A program made the translations under genes and the position numbers. The notes under the pieces were generated by a model that saw only the letters and a list, made by a program, of their open reading frames with translations, ran no database searches and was not told the DNA's origin. Shown piece after piece: positions 17,787 through 26,855 of a DNA stretch of 29,165 nucleotides; within the stretch, counting starts at the first letter, position 1, and each line of letters starts with the position of its first letter. Origin of the DNA: a virus (lineage: Duplodnaviria > Caudoviricetes); IMG/VR virus record IMGVR_UViG_3300048851_000189, positions 1-29,165 of that record; one strand, given 5' to 3'.

Positions 17787-17944
17787 GGACGGAGTGGGCG
17801 AACCGGCCCAGGTCTGAAAATTCAGCCTGAGCGAAACGGCGGTGCGGCAGGCAGGGATGGGCATAAAAGTGCCTCACCCATTAATTCACAATAAGTGTGA
17901 GTTTATGCTTGCTGTGCCCTTCGCAGAAGGTTATCCACTGTCTT

Positions 17945-18784
17945 ATGGCTCGGCCCAGGAAGGATTCTCCGCCTGATCTGTTCACCTCCACCGATCTCGC
18001 GGTGGCGGCAGGCCTGACGCCGCGCAATTTCAGCCTGCTGCAGGATAGGGGCCTTATCCCTGACGCAGAAGGCGGCGACGGGCGCGGGGCAAGCAGGGCA
18101 TGGCGGACTGAAGGATTGGAGATCCTGGCGGTGGTCGGAGCCCTTCATAAAGGAGGCTTGGAACTGCTCCCAGCCGGCCGGCTCGCGAAGATCATCGCGG
18201 AGGAGTTCATCGGAAGCTATGGCGCCCTCCCGGCCAACCTGACGCAGTACCTGCGCCCGCCGCTCAATCCGCTACCGGGAAATCTCTTCCCCTGGCACGG
18301 CAAGAACGTCGATCCCGCACATGTCCAGAAGATGGAGGATGCCTTCTGGCTGCATCACCTGCTGTGCCGGGAAACTGGCATCTACCAGAAGCGCACGGCG
18401 CTTCTGGGCGACGTTTATATCGAGATCGCTGATCGGCAGTACGTCTACACCCGCTTCGGGACTGGCGGGTCGCTGATCCACTCCTATGCCGGGGTCGAGA
18501 TCCGCGATGCTGCGCCCAGCTACCGCATCCTCGGCTGGGAGAAGGGGAGCGAGGCCGAGGCCCGATCCATCGACGCTGAGCTGAAGAACTTCGACTTCCA
18601 TCGCGATGCCGAGGCACGTGCCCAACTACGCTGCATCCAAGAGGAATTTGTCTCAGCTCGCAGGAATGCCATGAGCATGTTGGTGATCAACATCTCCCTG
18701 GCGATCAGGAATGCGCTCGACGCCCTTCAGGAGCATCGTGCGGAAGCGGCTCCGCGCAAGAGCCAGACACCCGACACGTCCTGA
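17945..18784 (+). CDS. Hypothetical protein with N-terminal MerR-like HTH
   Basis: MARPRK...FTSTDLAVAAGLTPRNFSLLQDRGLIP...RAW resembles a MerR-type winged HTH. Start at ATG 17945; the ORF is open from 17897. Confidence 0.7.
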   Translation: MARPRKDSPPDLFTSTDLAVAAGLTPRNFSLLQDRGLIPDAEGGDGRGASRAWRTEGLEILAVVGALHKGGLELLPAGRLAKIIAEEFIGSYGALPANLTQYLRPPLNPLPGNLFPWHGKNVDPAHVQKMEDAFWLHHLLCRETGIYQKRTALLGDVYIEIADRQYVYTRFGTGGSLIHSYAGVEIRDAAPSYRILGWEKGSEAEARSIDAELKNFDFHRDAEARAQLRCIQEEFVSARRNAMSMLVINISLAIRNALDALQEHRAEAAPRKSQTPDTS

Positions 18785-18830
18785 AGGTGCTTCCGACCCA
18801 CTCTCCCTGACTTGATCTAAGGAAAACACG

Positions 18831-19109
18831 ATGACCGTCGAAAACGTGCCGCAGGCGCGAACGCCCGAGCCTTGCCTGCCGCCCGCCCTCCGCAAGCCCC
18901 GTCTCCGCCGCTGGGAGGCCTGTGAGTATCTGGAGATCGCGCACGGCATCACCATCGCGGCGGCGACGCTTGCTAAGATGGTGACGACCGGCGGCGGCCC
19001 GATGTTCCAGAAGAGCATGCGCACCCCGCTCTATCCGCGCGATGAGCTGGACCGCTGGGCGACCGAACGCCTGGGCAAGCTGCGCGGCAGCAGCAGCGAG
19101 GTGGCGTAA
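18831..19109 (+). CDS. AlpA/excisionase-like DNA-binding protein
   Basis: LRRWEACEYL...TLAKMVTTGGGPMFQK...PLYPRDELDRW. AAGGA RBS. Located before the primase. Confidence 0.85.
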   Translation: MTVENVPQARTPEPCLPPALRKPRLRRWEACEYLEIAHGITIAAATLAKMVTTGGGPMFQKSMRTPLYPRDELDRWATERLGKLRGSSSEVA

Positions 19110-19291
19110 TGGACGCTGCCGAATACGCCGCGCAGTCCGATCCCGACTGCAACCGCTTCTTCCGCCGCCGCTGGACCGAACCGCCGCTGCCGCAGATCCG
19201 GCAGCCGGCACAAAGCCCGAAGTCGTTGGATGATGTGGCGCTGGAAACCCTGCTCGCCTGGCGCCGTGAAGCGCCGAGGCGGAATACCTGA
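19109..19291 (+). CDS. Small hypothetical protein
   Basis: TAATG stop/start coupling with the AlpA-like gene; 60 aa. Confidence 0.45.
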   Translation: MDAAEYAAQSDPDCNRFFRRRWTEPPLPQIRQPAQSPKSLDDVALETLLAWRREAPRRNT

Positions 19292-19405
19292 AGGCAGGGC
19301 TGGCGGCCGGAGCCGCGAGGGAGGGTGCTGGGGAGCACCTCCTTCTCGCAAAGCTTCGCGCCGCTGGCAAGACCTTCTCCACTGTAGATGCGAAAGGAGA
19401 ATGGC

Positions 19406-20281
19406 GTGGCATTGCTCTCGCCGACCGATCTGGCCGCGCGGCTGGAGTTGAAGAAACACCCGCGTTCCTGGCGCGGTGCCTGTCCAAGCTGCGGCTATAG
19501 CGGCGCCTTCAGCTTGCGCACGGGTAAGGAGAATCGTGCGCTGCTCTATTGCTCGAATGGCTGCAGCCAGGAGGCCCTGGCCGAGACGCTGGCGCGCGTC
19601 GCGGATCATGCTTGGGAGCCGCCGCAGCAGGAGACGGAAGACGCCGAGGCAGTGCGCAAGAAGAAGCGCGCGTCTGCGCGGCGCCTGTGGCATCGGTCGC
19701 AAACACTGATAGGAACCTTGGCGCATCGCTATCTCGCTCAGCGTGGTCTCGATGCCTCTGCACCGTCGCCGGCGCTGCGGTTTCTGCAAGAGGCATCGCA
19801 TCCCGAGGGGTGCAAGCTGCCTGCCCTGATCGCCTGCGTCTTGGATTCCGCCGGCACCATCATCGGCGCGCACCGCACCTATCTCGATGCTACTACGGCC
19901 GGCAAGGCACAGGTGGAGCCACCTAAGGCCAGCCTCGGCCCGATCTGGAGCGGCGCAATCCGACTGAACCCGGTGGCGGAGGAGATCGTCATCGGCGAGG
20001 GCATCGAATCCTCGGCCTCGGCCGGATTGCTGATGAACCTGCCGGCCTGGGCGGCGCTCTCCGCCGGCAACCTGGCGCGTGGCCTGATCCTGCCGCCCGA
20101 GGTGCGCAGCATTGTCATCGCCGCTGATGCCGATCCAGTCGGGCAGAACGCTGCTTGGCGCGCCGCGGCGCGGTGGCGCGCCGAGGGCCGCACTGCCCGT
20201 GTGGCGACACCCGATCAGTACCCCGATTTCAACGATCTGCTGCGCGCCCGAATGAGCGCGATGGAGGCCATTCATGGCTGA
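19406..20281 (+). CDS. Zn-finger + Toprim primase-like protein
   Basis: CPSCG...CSNGC, YLAQRGL, AHRTYL, IVIGEGIES, IAADADPVG and DFND. GTG start 6 nt after AGGAG. Confidence 0.88.
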   Translation: MALLSPTDLAARLELKKHPRSWRGACPSCGYSGAFSLRTGKENRALLYCSNGCSQEALAETLARVADHAWEPPQQETEDAEAVRKKKRASARRLWHRSQTLIGTLAHRYLAQRGLDASAPSPALRFLQEASHPEGCKLPALIACVLDSAGTIIGAHRTYLDATTAGKAQVEPPKASLGPIWSGAIRLNPVAEEIVIGEGIESSASAGLLMNLPAWAALSAGNLARGLILPPEVRSIVIAADADPVGQNAAWRAAARWRAEGRTARVATPDQYPDFNDLLRARMSAMEAIHG

Positions 20282-22022
20282 CGGCTATACGGTTCGGGAC
20301 GAAAAGCCGGAGGACGATGAAGACGGCCGCCGCGGCCCTGGCCAGCGGCAGAAGATCATCGATGCCGTACTCGATGCCGGCGTGAAGTTCTGGCGTGACC
20401 CCGACTGGAACACCTTCGCGACCGTCACCGGGCAGGAAGGTGAGATGGCGCGGTTCCGGGTGAGGTCGCGGGCTTTCTCCATGCTGGTGCGGCAGATCTA
20501 TGCTCAGCGTTACCCCACCAAGACTGGCCATCCCGGCAGCGTGTCTGACACAGCGCTGGCGGAGGCCCTGCCCGCCCTGGAGGCTATGGCCATTCAGGAG
20601 ACACCGCGCGAGCCGGAGGTGCGCGTTCTTCGCGATGGAGCTGCGATCTGGATCGATCTGGGTGACAATGCCTGGCGCCTGGTTCGTGTCGATGCGGCCG
20701 GCTGGAAGGTGATGGACTCCGCCGATATCCCACTGATCCGCCCTGCCGGAATGCGCGCGCTGCCGATACCGCAGCGCGGCCCCAAAGCCATGGAGAAGCT
20801 GCGCGCATTGCTGAACCTCGCGGTGCCGAAGGACGCGGACGGCAAGGAAGATCTGACCGACCTGAGCTTGGTGGTGGCATGGCTGCTGGCCGCGCTCTAC
20901 CCGGCCGGGCCCTATCCGGTTCTGGCGCTGGATGGCGAGCAGGGGAGCGGTAAGAGCACCGCCTGCAAGATGCTGCGTCGCCTGATCGATCCGAACCTGG
21001 CCGAGCATCGCGCTACGCCTCGGTCCGAGGATGACCTGCTGATTGCGGCCCAGAATGGCCGAATCGTCGCCATCGATAACGTCTCCTATTTGGAGGCCGA
21101 TATGGCCGATGCGCTGTGCCGGCTTGCCACGGGCGCCGGCTTTAGCAAGCGGAAGCTTTATTCGGATGGAGAGGAGATCATCGTCTCCGTGGCCCGGCCG
21201 GTGCTGCTGAACGGCATTCCCAGCCTGTTGGCCCGCGGCGACCTGGCCGACCGCGCGCTGGCCATCACCCTGCCGCCGATCCCCGATGCGGCCAGAAAGC
21301 CGGAGGCGGAAGTCTGGCAGGACTTCGCCGAGGCCGCCCCCGGTATCCTGGCGCTGCTGCTGGATGGCCTGGCTATGGCGCTGCGCCGGCTCCCCACCCT
21401 CCGCCTGGCACGACTGCCGCGCATGGCCGACTTCGCCCGGTTGGCCTGCGCCGCCGCTCCGGCCTTTGATTGGACCGAGGAACAGATGCTGGAGGCCATC
21501 GAAGGCAATCGGCGTGCCGCCGTGATGAATGTTATCGAGTCCGATCCCATTGCGGTGGCGGTGCAGGGGATCGCCGCGCGGTATCCCCGCTGGGAGGGTA
21601 GCGCCACCAGTCTGCTGGAACTGGTGAATGAAGCGGTGCCGCTGGAGATCCAGCGGGAGCGAGGATACCCCAAAGACGCTGCCCGCCTGTCGGGCCGGCT
21701 GAAGCGGGTCTCGCCTGCACTGCGCCGTGCCGGGGTCGAGGTGGTGCTGCCCATCTCTGGTGGCCGGGCTGGTCGTGAGATCCAGATCCGCAGGGAAGAG
21801 AAGGCCGAAGAGCGTTCCCAGCGTTCCACCGCGACCGATCCGGCCATGGTCTTCCCCGATCCGCCAGCCATTGAGGTGGTCGGGAACGCTGATGAGCGTT
21901 CCGGGAACGCTAACGCGGAAAACAGCGTTCCGGATAAGCCTTTGAATTATAATGGCCGGAACGCTGGGAACGCTGGGAACGCTGTTTTGCCTACCTGTGG
22001 CGTTTGGGAAGAAGTTCTGTGA
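20274..22022 (+). CDS. P-loop ATPase, putative replicative helicase/initiator partner of the primase
   Basis: Walker A GEQGSGKS, Walker B-like VAIDNVS, RKLYSD, PVLLNGI and DLADR. C-terminal winged-helix-like region. The tail encodes the repeat array (GNAGNA). Confidence 0.85.
   Translation: MADGYTVRDEKPEDDEDGRRGPGQRQKIIDAVLDAGVKFWRDPDWNTFATVTGQEGEMARFRVRSRAFSMLVRQIYAQRYPTKTGHPGSVSDTALAEALPALEAMAIQETPREPEVRVLRDGAAIWIDLGDNAWRLVRVDAAGWKVMDSADIPLIRPAGMRALPIPQRGPKAMEKLRALLNLAVPKDADGKEDLTDLSLVVAWLLAALYPAGPYPVLALDGEQGSGKSTACKMLRRLIDPNLAEHRATPRSEDDLLIAAQNGRIVAIDNVSYLEADMADALCRLATGAGFSKRKLYSDGEEIIVSVARPVLLNGIPSLLARGDLADRALAITLPPIPDAARKPEAEVWQDFAEAAPGILALLLDGLAMALRRLPTLRLARLPRMADFARLACAAAPAFDWTEEQMLEAIEGNRRAAVMNVIESDPIAVAVQGIAARYPRWEGSATSLLELVNEAVPLEIQRERGYPKDAARLSGRLKRVSPALRRAGVEVVLPISGGRAGREIQIRREEKAEERSQRSTATDPAMVFPDPPAIEVVGNADERSGNANAENSVPDKPLNYNGRNAGNAGNAVLPTCGVWEEVL
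21811..21989. repeat. GGAACGCT octamer array 2 (9 copies) with AT-rich spacer, putative replication origin
   Basis: Copies at 21811, 21820, 21883, 21895, 21904, 21924, 21958, 21967 and 21976. TTTGAATTATAAT at 21941-21953. Confidence 0.88.
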
Positions 22023-22477
22023 GCGCGGCTCTCACCCTCGGCCGGCTGGAGGCGGCCGGTGTGCTGGTGATCCGGGAGGGGGAGAGCCTGCGGCTGCGGG
22101 GCGCGAAGCCCGAGCCTATTCTGCTGGAGGAGGCCAGGATCTATAAGGCGGAGCTGCTGCGCCTGCTGGCAGAGCGTGAGGCGGAGGACGCTGCCGAACG
22201 CGCCGCCATTCAGGATGAGCCCCAGGCCACTTTGCCTGAGGCCGAGCACCGCCGCGTGATCGCTGGCTATGTGTCAGCCGCCCAGCAGCGCCCTCCGTCC
22301 TGGGTTGGCCAGGCTTCCATCCCTAGCTTTGGAAGCTACTGCGGCTGCTGCTCGCGCCAGTCTCGACGTGGCGGCCGGTGGTGGCGTGAGGCGGTGAATC
22401 CGTCTGGCTGGTGTTGCTGGGCATGCCATCCGCCGGTGCATCTGCCGCCTGAGGGTGTGGTGGAGGTGCGGACCTAG
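22019..22477 (+). CDS. Hypothetical protein following the replication ATPase (Cys motifs at C-terminus)
   Basis: GTGA overlap. LEAAGV...GESLRL...KAELLRLL N-terminus, ERAAI, and CGCC...WW...W.CWACHPP. Confidence 0.7.
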   Translation: MSAALTLGRLEAAGVLVIREGESLRLRGAKPEPILLEEARIYKAELLRLLAEREAEDAAERAAIQDEPQATLPEAEHRRVIAGYVSAAQQRPPSWVGQASIPSFGSYCGCCSRQSRRGGRWWREAVNPSGWCCWACHPPVHLPPEGVVEVRT

Positions 22478-22588
22478 AGACGGCCCGCGCAGGCACGCGA
22501 TGGTACGAATTTCCACGCTAAAATCATATACTTATCCTGATCCATTCTGCTTGTTGCGATGCTGCGGAACGCAGTAGCGCTGCATGAC

Positions 22589-23839
22589 ATGGCGCGCACC
22601 ACCACCCTCCTGGGCAGCATCAAGGCCCTGTTCTCCGCCCCGGAAAGCCGGGCGGCCCGTGGCTCCCTGAGCGATCCCTGGTCCGCGGTCCTGTTGGGCG
22701 GCGCCGGCCCCACCGCAGCAGGCGTGGCCATCTCCCCTGAGACCGCGATGCGCTGCACGGCTGTTTTTGGCGCCATCAAGGTGTTGGCTGAGACCGTCTC
22801 CCAGCTTCCCGTCCACCTCTATCGCCGCACTGCCGATGGTGGCCGCGAGCGCGCCGATGACCATCCGGTGGAGGCGCTGCTCTCCGACACGGCGAACCCC
22901 TGGACCCCGGCTAGCGAATTCCGCCTGATCATGGAGACGCAGCTCGCACTGCACGGCAATGCCTTCGCCTGGGTGGGCAAGGGCGATGCCGGCATCCAGG
23001 AGCTGATCCCGCTGGACACCCGGCGGGTGGCGGTGGCGGCCGATGCCGTCACCATGGAGCCAGTCTATACCGTCACCGATGCCGAGGGTCGCCAGCGCGC
23101 CTATGGCCGCGGCGAAATCCTGCATATCCGCGGCGTGGGTGCTGGGCTGTATCAGGGTGACAGCCCTGTGCAGATGGCGCGGGAAGCCATCGGCCTGGCG
23201 TTGGTGCTGGAACAGCATGGTGCCGGCCTATTCGGCCGTGGCGCGCGCCCTGGCGGCATCCTGAAGTCGCCCAACTTCCTGACCATGGAGCAGCGTGCCT
23301 CGCTGCGGGCAAGCTGGGACAGCCAGCATCAGAGCGGCAGCAATGCCGGCAAGACTGCCATCCTAGAATCCGGCCTTGACTTCGTGCCGCTCCAGCTGTC
23401 CAGCGTGGATGCGCAGTTCCTGGAGATGCGCAAGTTCCAGTTGCAGGAGATCGCCCGCATCTGGCGCGTTCCGCTGCACTTGCTGGCCGATCTTGACCGT
23501 GTGACGCACAGCAATGCCGAGGAGCTGGGCCGCCAGTTCCTGACCTTCACGCTGCTGCCAATCCTGCGCGCCTGGCAGGACGCGATGCGCTTGACGCTGC
23601 TGACGCCGGAGGAGCGCAAGGCCGGCTTGTACATCGAGTTCCTGGTCGATGACTTGGCCCGTGCGGATCTGGCGGCACGCTTCACCGCATACAGCCAAGC
23701 CATCAATGCGGGCGTGTTCAATCCGAATGAGGTGCGAGCGATGGAGAACCGCAGCCCCTATGCCGGCGGCGAGGTCTTCACCCGCCCGGTGAACACAGCG
23801 CCGATGGACGGCAATAAGGAGCCGACCAATGAGGCTTGA
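22589..23839 (+). CDS. HK97-family portal protein
   Basis: AVFGAIKVLAETVSQLP, LALHGNAF, EILHIR, G.SP, LESGLDF, QFLEMRKF, IARIWRVP and NPNEVRAMEN. Confidence 0.95.
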   Translation: MARTTTLLGSIKALFSAPESRAARGSLSDPWSAVLLGGAGPTAAGVAISPETAMRCTAVFGAIKVLAETVSQLPVHLYRRTADGGRERADDHPVEALLSDTANPWTPASEFRLIMETQLALHGNAFAWVGKGDAGIQELIPLDTRRVAVAADAVTMEPVYTVTDAEGRQRAYGRGEILHIRGVGAGLYQGDSPVQMAREAIGLALVLEQHGAGLFGRGARPGGILKSPNFLTMEQRASLRASWDSQHQSGSNAGKTAILESGLDFVPLQLSSVDAQFLEMRKFQLQEIARIWRVPLHLLADLDRVTHSNAEELGRQFLTFTLLPILRAWQDAMRLTLLTPEERKAGLYIEFLVDDLARADLAARFTAYSQAINAGVFNPNEVRAMENRSPYAGGEVFTRPVNTAPMDGNKEPTNEA

Positions 23840-24368
23840 GAAGTCGGCTGGCGCCGAGACACGCTTTGCACCCGAGGATAGCGGCGCCATCAGCGGATAT
23901 GCGGCCATCTGGGGCAAGCGCGATCTGTTCGGGGATGTCGTGCAGCGCGGCGCCTTCGCGAAGTCGCTGGCGGCGCATCAGGCCGCCGGCACGCGCCCGC
24001 TGATGCTTTGGGCGCATGACCCCGCACGTCCTGTCGGCGTTTGGAACGAGATCCGCGAGGATGACACCGGCCTGCATGTCACCGGCATGCTGGTGATGGA
24101 CAGCACCGTGGGCCGCGATGCGCACGCCCTGCTGAAAGCGCAAGCACTCAACGGCCTGTCCATCGGCTTCCGCACTGTCCGCGCCGCGCCATCCATCGGC
24201 GGCGGTCGCACCGTGCAGGAGATGGAGCTGATTGAGGTCAGCCTGGTTGCGCGCCCTGCCCAGGCTGCGGCGCGCGTGGCCAGTGTCCGCTCCGCCCCCA
24301 CCAATCCCGCTACGGCCGGGCTTGCCGCATTCATCCGCCAGTGCGCTGGCAAGTTGAGGAACACTTGA
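23829..24368 (+). CDS. HK97-family prohead protease
   Basis: ISGYAAIWG..D..GDVV..GAF, MLWAHD, GLSIGF and LIEVSLV. Confidence 0.95.
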   Translation: MRLEKSAGAETRFAPEDSGAISGYAAIWGKRDLFGDVVQRGAFAKSLAAHQAAGTRPLMLWAHDPARPVGVWNEIREDDTGLHVTGMLVMDSTVGRDAHALLKAQALNGLSIGFRTVRAAPSIGGGRTVQEMELIEVSLVARPAQAAARVASVRSAPTNPATAGLAAFIRQCAGKLRNT

Positions 24369-25549
24369 TGCATCACCTCGCATTGCCGGGCGTCGATCCG
24401 CGCACCGGCTGGGAAACCCGCGACGCCGAAGGTCAGGAGAATGGGGAGGCCAGTGACCTGGCCGAAATCCGCTCTGCCGTGCAGGGCTTCACCTCCAGCG
24501 CCGATCAGCGCTTCGGCCAGCTTGATACCGCGCTGACCGAGCTGCGCAGCCGGCTTGACCGCACCGAGACCGTCCTGCGGCGCCCCGGTGGCAGTCAGGA
24601 GCAGCGGCAGGAGCCCGCGGTGGAAACCCGCGCCTTCGCCACCTTCCTTCGCCGTGGCCGCGAAGCCATGGAGGCGCCGGAGCTGCGCTCCTTGCGCGTC
24701 TCGGATGACACGGCCGGCGGCTATCTGGCACCGGACCAGTTCATCACCGAGCTGCTGCGCAACCTGGTGCAGTTCTCCCCGGTGCGCACTGTGGCGCGCG
24801 TGGCGCCCATCTCGGCGGGAGCGGCGCTGCTGCCGAAGCGGACTGGCGGCATGACCGCGCAGTGGGTGGGCGAGACCCAGCCGCGGCCCGAGACCACCGT
24901 GACCTTCGGGCAGAACCGCTACGAGGTTCGCGAGCTGGCCTGCTGGGTCGATGTCTCCAACGCCATGCTGGAAGACGGCGCCTTCGATGTGGCGGCCGAG
25001 CTGTCCTTTGAGTTTGCAGAGGAATTCGGCCGGGCCGAGGGTGCCGCCTTCGTCAATGGCGATGGCGCGCTGAAACCGGTGGGATTCATGGCGGACCCGT
25101 CCATTCCCGTCATGGCCAGCGGCAGCGCCTCGGCCTTTACCGCTGACAGCCTGCTGGACCTGTATCACTCCATTCCTTCCGCCTATCGGGCGAATGCGGT
25201 CTGGGCGATGAACAGCAACACGCTGGCCACTGCGCGGAAGCTGAAGGACACGACCGGCAATTACATGCTGGCCACGGCCGGGCTGGCCGGCGCCATGGCC
25301 ACCACACTGCTGGGGCGCCCGGTGGTGGAGATGCCGGACATGCCGGACCCGGCAGCCAATGCCACGCCGGTCGTCTTTGGCGACTTCGGCCAGGGCTATC
25401 GCATCTTCGACCGCGTGGCGCTGTCGATCCTGCGTGATCCCTACAGCCAGGCGACCAACGGCATGACCCGCTTCCATGCCCGGCGCCGTGTGGCGGGCGG
25501 CGTGGCCAAGGCCGAGGCGCTGCGCAAGCTGAAGATCGCGACGAGCTGA
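24368..25549 (+). CDS. HK97-fold major capsid protein with N-terminal delta/scaffold region
   Basis: TGATG coupling. Coiled-coil N-terminus, GGYLAP, WVGE, AFVNGDG..KPVG, LKDTTGNY, LLGRPV and FGDF. Confidence 0.95.
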   Translation: MHHLALPGVDPRTGWETRDAEGQENGEASDLAEIRSAVQGFTSSADQRFGQLDTALTELRSRLDRTETVLRRPGGSQEQRQEPAVETRAFATFLRRGREAMEAPELRSLRVSDDTAGGYLAPDQFITELLRNLVQFSPVRTVARVAPISAGAALLPKRTGGMTAQWVGETQPRPETTVTFGQNRYEVRELACWVDVSNAMLEDGAFDVAAELSFEFAEEFGRAEGAAFVNGDGALKPVGFMADPSIPVMASGSASAFTADSLLDLYHSIPSAYRANAVWAMNSNTLATARKLKDTTGNYMLATAGLAGAMATTLLGRPVVEMPDMPDPAANATPVVFGDFGQGYRIFDRVALSILRDPYSQATNGMTRFHARRRVAGGVAKAEALRKLKIATS

Positions 25550-25562
25550 GAGGAGAGCAACC

Positions 25563-25955
25563 ATGCGAGACCTGTCCCACAACATCAGCCCGGCCCTGTC
25601 GCTGCCGCCTGCGGCCCGCACGGCCACCGCCAATGGCACGGCGGTGGATCTGCTGGGCTTCGGCTCTGCCGCGGTGCTGGTGACCTTCGGTTCCTGGACC
25701 GATGGTACCCATACGCCGAAGATCCAGGAGAGCGACAACGGCAGCACCGGCTGGACCGATGTTGCTGCTGGCGACCTTGCCGGCAGCTTCTCGGCCGTGT
25801 CCTCTGCAGCGGGTCAGAACGTGGTGCAGCGCGCCAGCTATATCGGCAACAAGCGCTTCATCCGCCCTGTGCTGACCGTGGCCAGCGCGACCACGGGCGC
25901 TATCACCAGCGTGCAGGTGGTGCGCGGCTATCCCGCCATGGCGCCGGTGGCCTGA
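25563..25955 (+). CDS. Putative head decoration/cement protein
   Basis: Immediately after the capsid gene with GAGGAG RBS. Small, Ala/Thr/Gly-rich and beta-strand-like (ANGTAVDL...IQESDNG...W.DV...YIGNKRFIR). Confidence 0.6.
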   Translation: MRDLSHNISPALSLPPAARTATANGTAVDLLGFGSAAVLVTFGSWTDGTHTPKIQESDNGSTGWTDVAAGDLAGSFSAVSSAAGQNVVQRASYIGNKRFIRPVLTVASATTGAITSVQVVRGYPAMAPVA

Positions 25956-25957
25956 CC

Positions 25958-26383
25958 ATGCCGTGGGCAGCGCCGCGCTACTGCTACACACCGGGCCACG
26001 TCGCCTTCACCGGCCGGCGCTGCCCGAGCTGTGAGCGCGACGCGCCCTCTGCATCGGCCCGCGGCTATGACCGCCAGTGGCGCAAGCTGCGGGAGCGGGT
26101 GCTCTATGAAGAGCCACTGTGCCGCCTCTGCCAAGCCGCTGGGCGCGTCGAGGCTGCCACGGAGGTGGACCACATCATCCCCCTGCGTGTGCGGCCTGAG
26201 CTGCGTCTGGAGCGGTCCAATGCCCGCCCCCTCTGCGGCCCCTGCCACCGCCAAGTCACGGGGGCCTTCAACCGCAGCAGGGGCATAGGGGGTAGCAAAT
26301 CGGGGTCGAGGGCGCCGGAGACCGCGCCCCCACAGCACGCGCAATCTTCCCGAAAATGGGGCTTTCCCGGAAATGAGGTCTGA
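25958..26383 (+). CDS. HNH endonuclease (terminase-associated, HK97 gp74-like)
   Basis: RGYDRQWRKLR, PLCRLC, VDHIIP and N..PLCGPCH. Directly upstream of terS. Confidence 0.92.
   Translation: MPWAAPRYCYTPGHVAFTGRRCPSCERDAPSASARGYDRQWRKLRERVLYEEPLCRLCQAAGRVEAATEVDHIIPLRVRPELRLERSNARPLCGPCHRQVTGAFNRSRGIGGSKSGSRAPETAPPQHAQSSRKWGFPGNEV
26283..26362. other. Candidate cos/packaging region
   Basis: G-run, GACCGCGCCCCC and CGCGCAATCTTCCCGAAAAT between the HNH core and terS, the usual cos position in HNH-terS-terL modules. The exact cut site cannot be determined. Confidence 0.45.
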
Positions 26384-26385
26384 CC

Positions 26386-26787
26386 ATGAAGGGTAGGAAG
26401 CCGAAGCTGGCCGTCGTCAACGGCGGTGCGGCCTCGACCGGATGCCCTGGAGCGCCGTCCTGGCTGGCGGCGCATGCCTCGGCCGAGTGGCGACGCGCCG
26501 CGCCGGAACTGCATCAGCGCCGGTTGCTGGCTCGCGACACCATGGCCACGCTGGAGAGCTACTGCGTGGCTGTCGGCACTGTCCGGGAGTGCGAGGAGCT
26601 AATGCAGCGGGATGGTCGGGTGGTGGAGGCGGAGCGCGGGCTGGCAGCGCATCCTGCGTTTCGCATCCAGGCCGCCGCCATGCGCGAGGCACGCCTGCTG
26701 GCAACCGAGCTTGGACTGACGCCGCATCGTCGGGGCAAGCATGAGGAAGTGCTTAAGGCCGACCCGTGGGAGGGGATGTTGGCATGA
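26386..26787 (+). CDS. terS: Terminase small subunit (P27 family)
   Basis: MKGRKP, APSWL...A..EWRR, LESYC, HPA and ELGLTP..R. GAGG RBS. Confidence 0.93.
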   Translation: MKGRKPKLAVVNGGAASTGCPGAPSWLAAHASAEWRRAAPELHQRRLLARDTMATLESYCVAVGTVRECEELMQRDGRVVEAERGLAAHPAFRIQAAAMREARLLATELGLTPHRRGKHEEVLKADPWEGMLA

Positions 26788-26855
26788 CCAGTATCTATCG
26801 AGCCTCGGCATCCACATGCGACCGAACTTGTTGTGAAGTTTAGGCCCGACTTATC

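Noticed and set aside
17881-17895. Possible CtrA box (TTAA-N7-TAAG)
   Set aside because: The second half-site deviates from TTAA and the host is unconfirmed.
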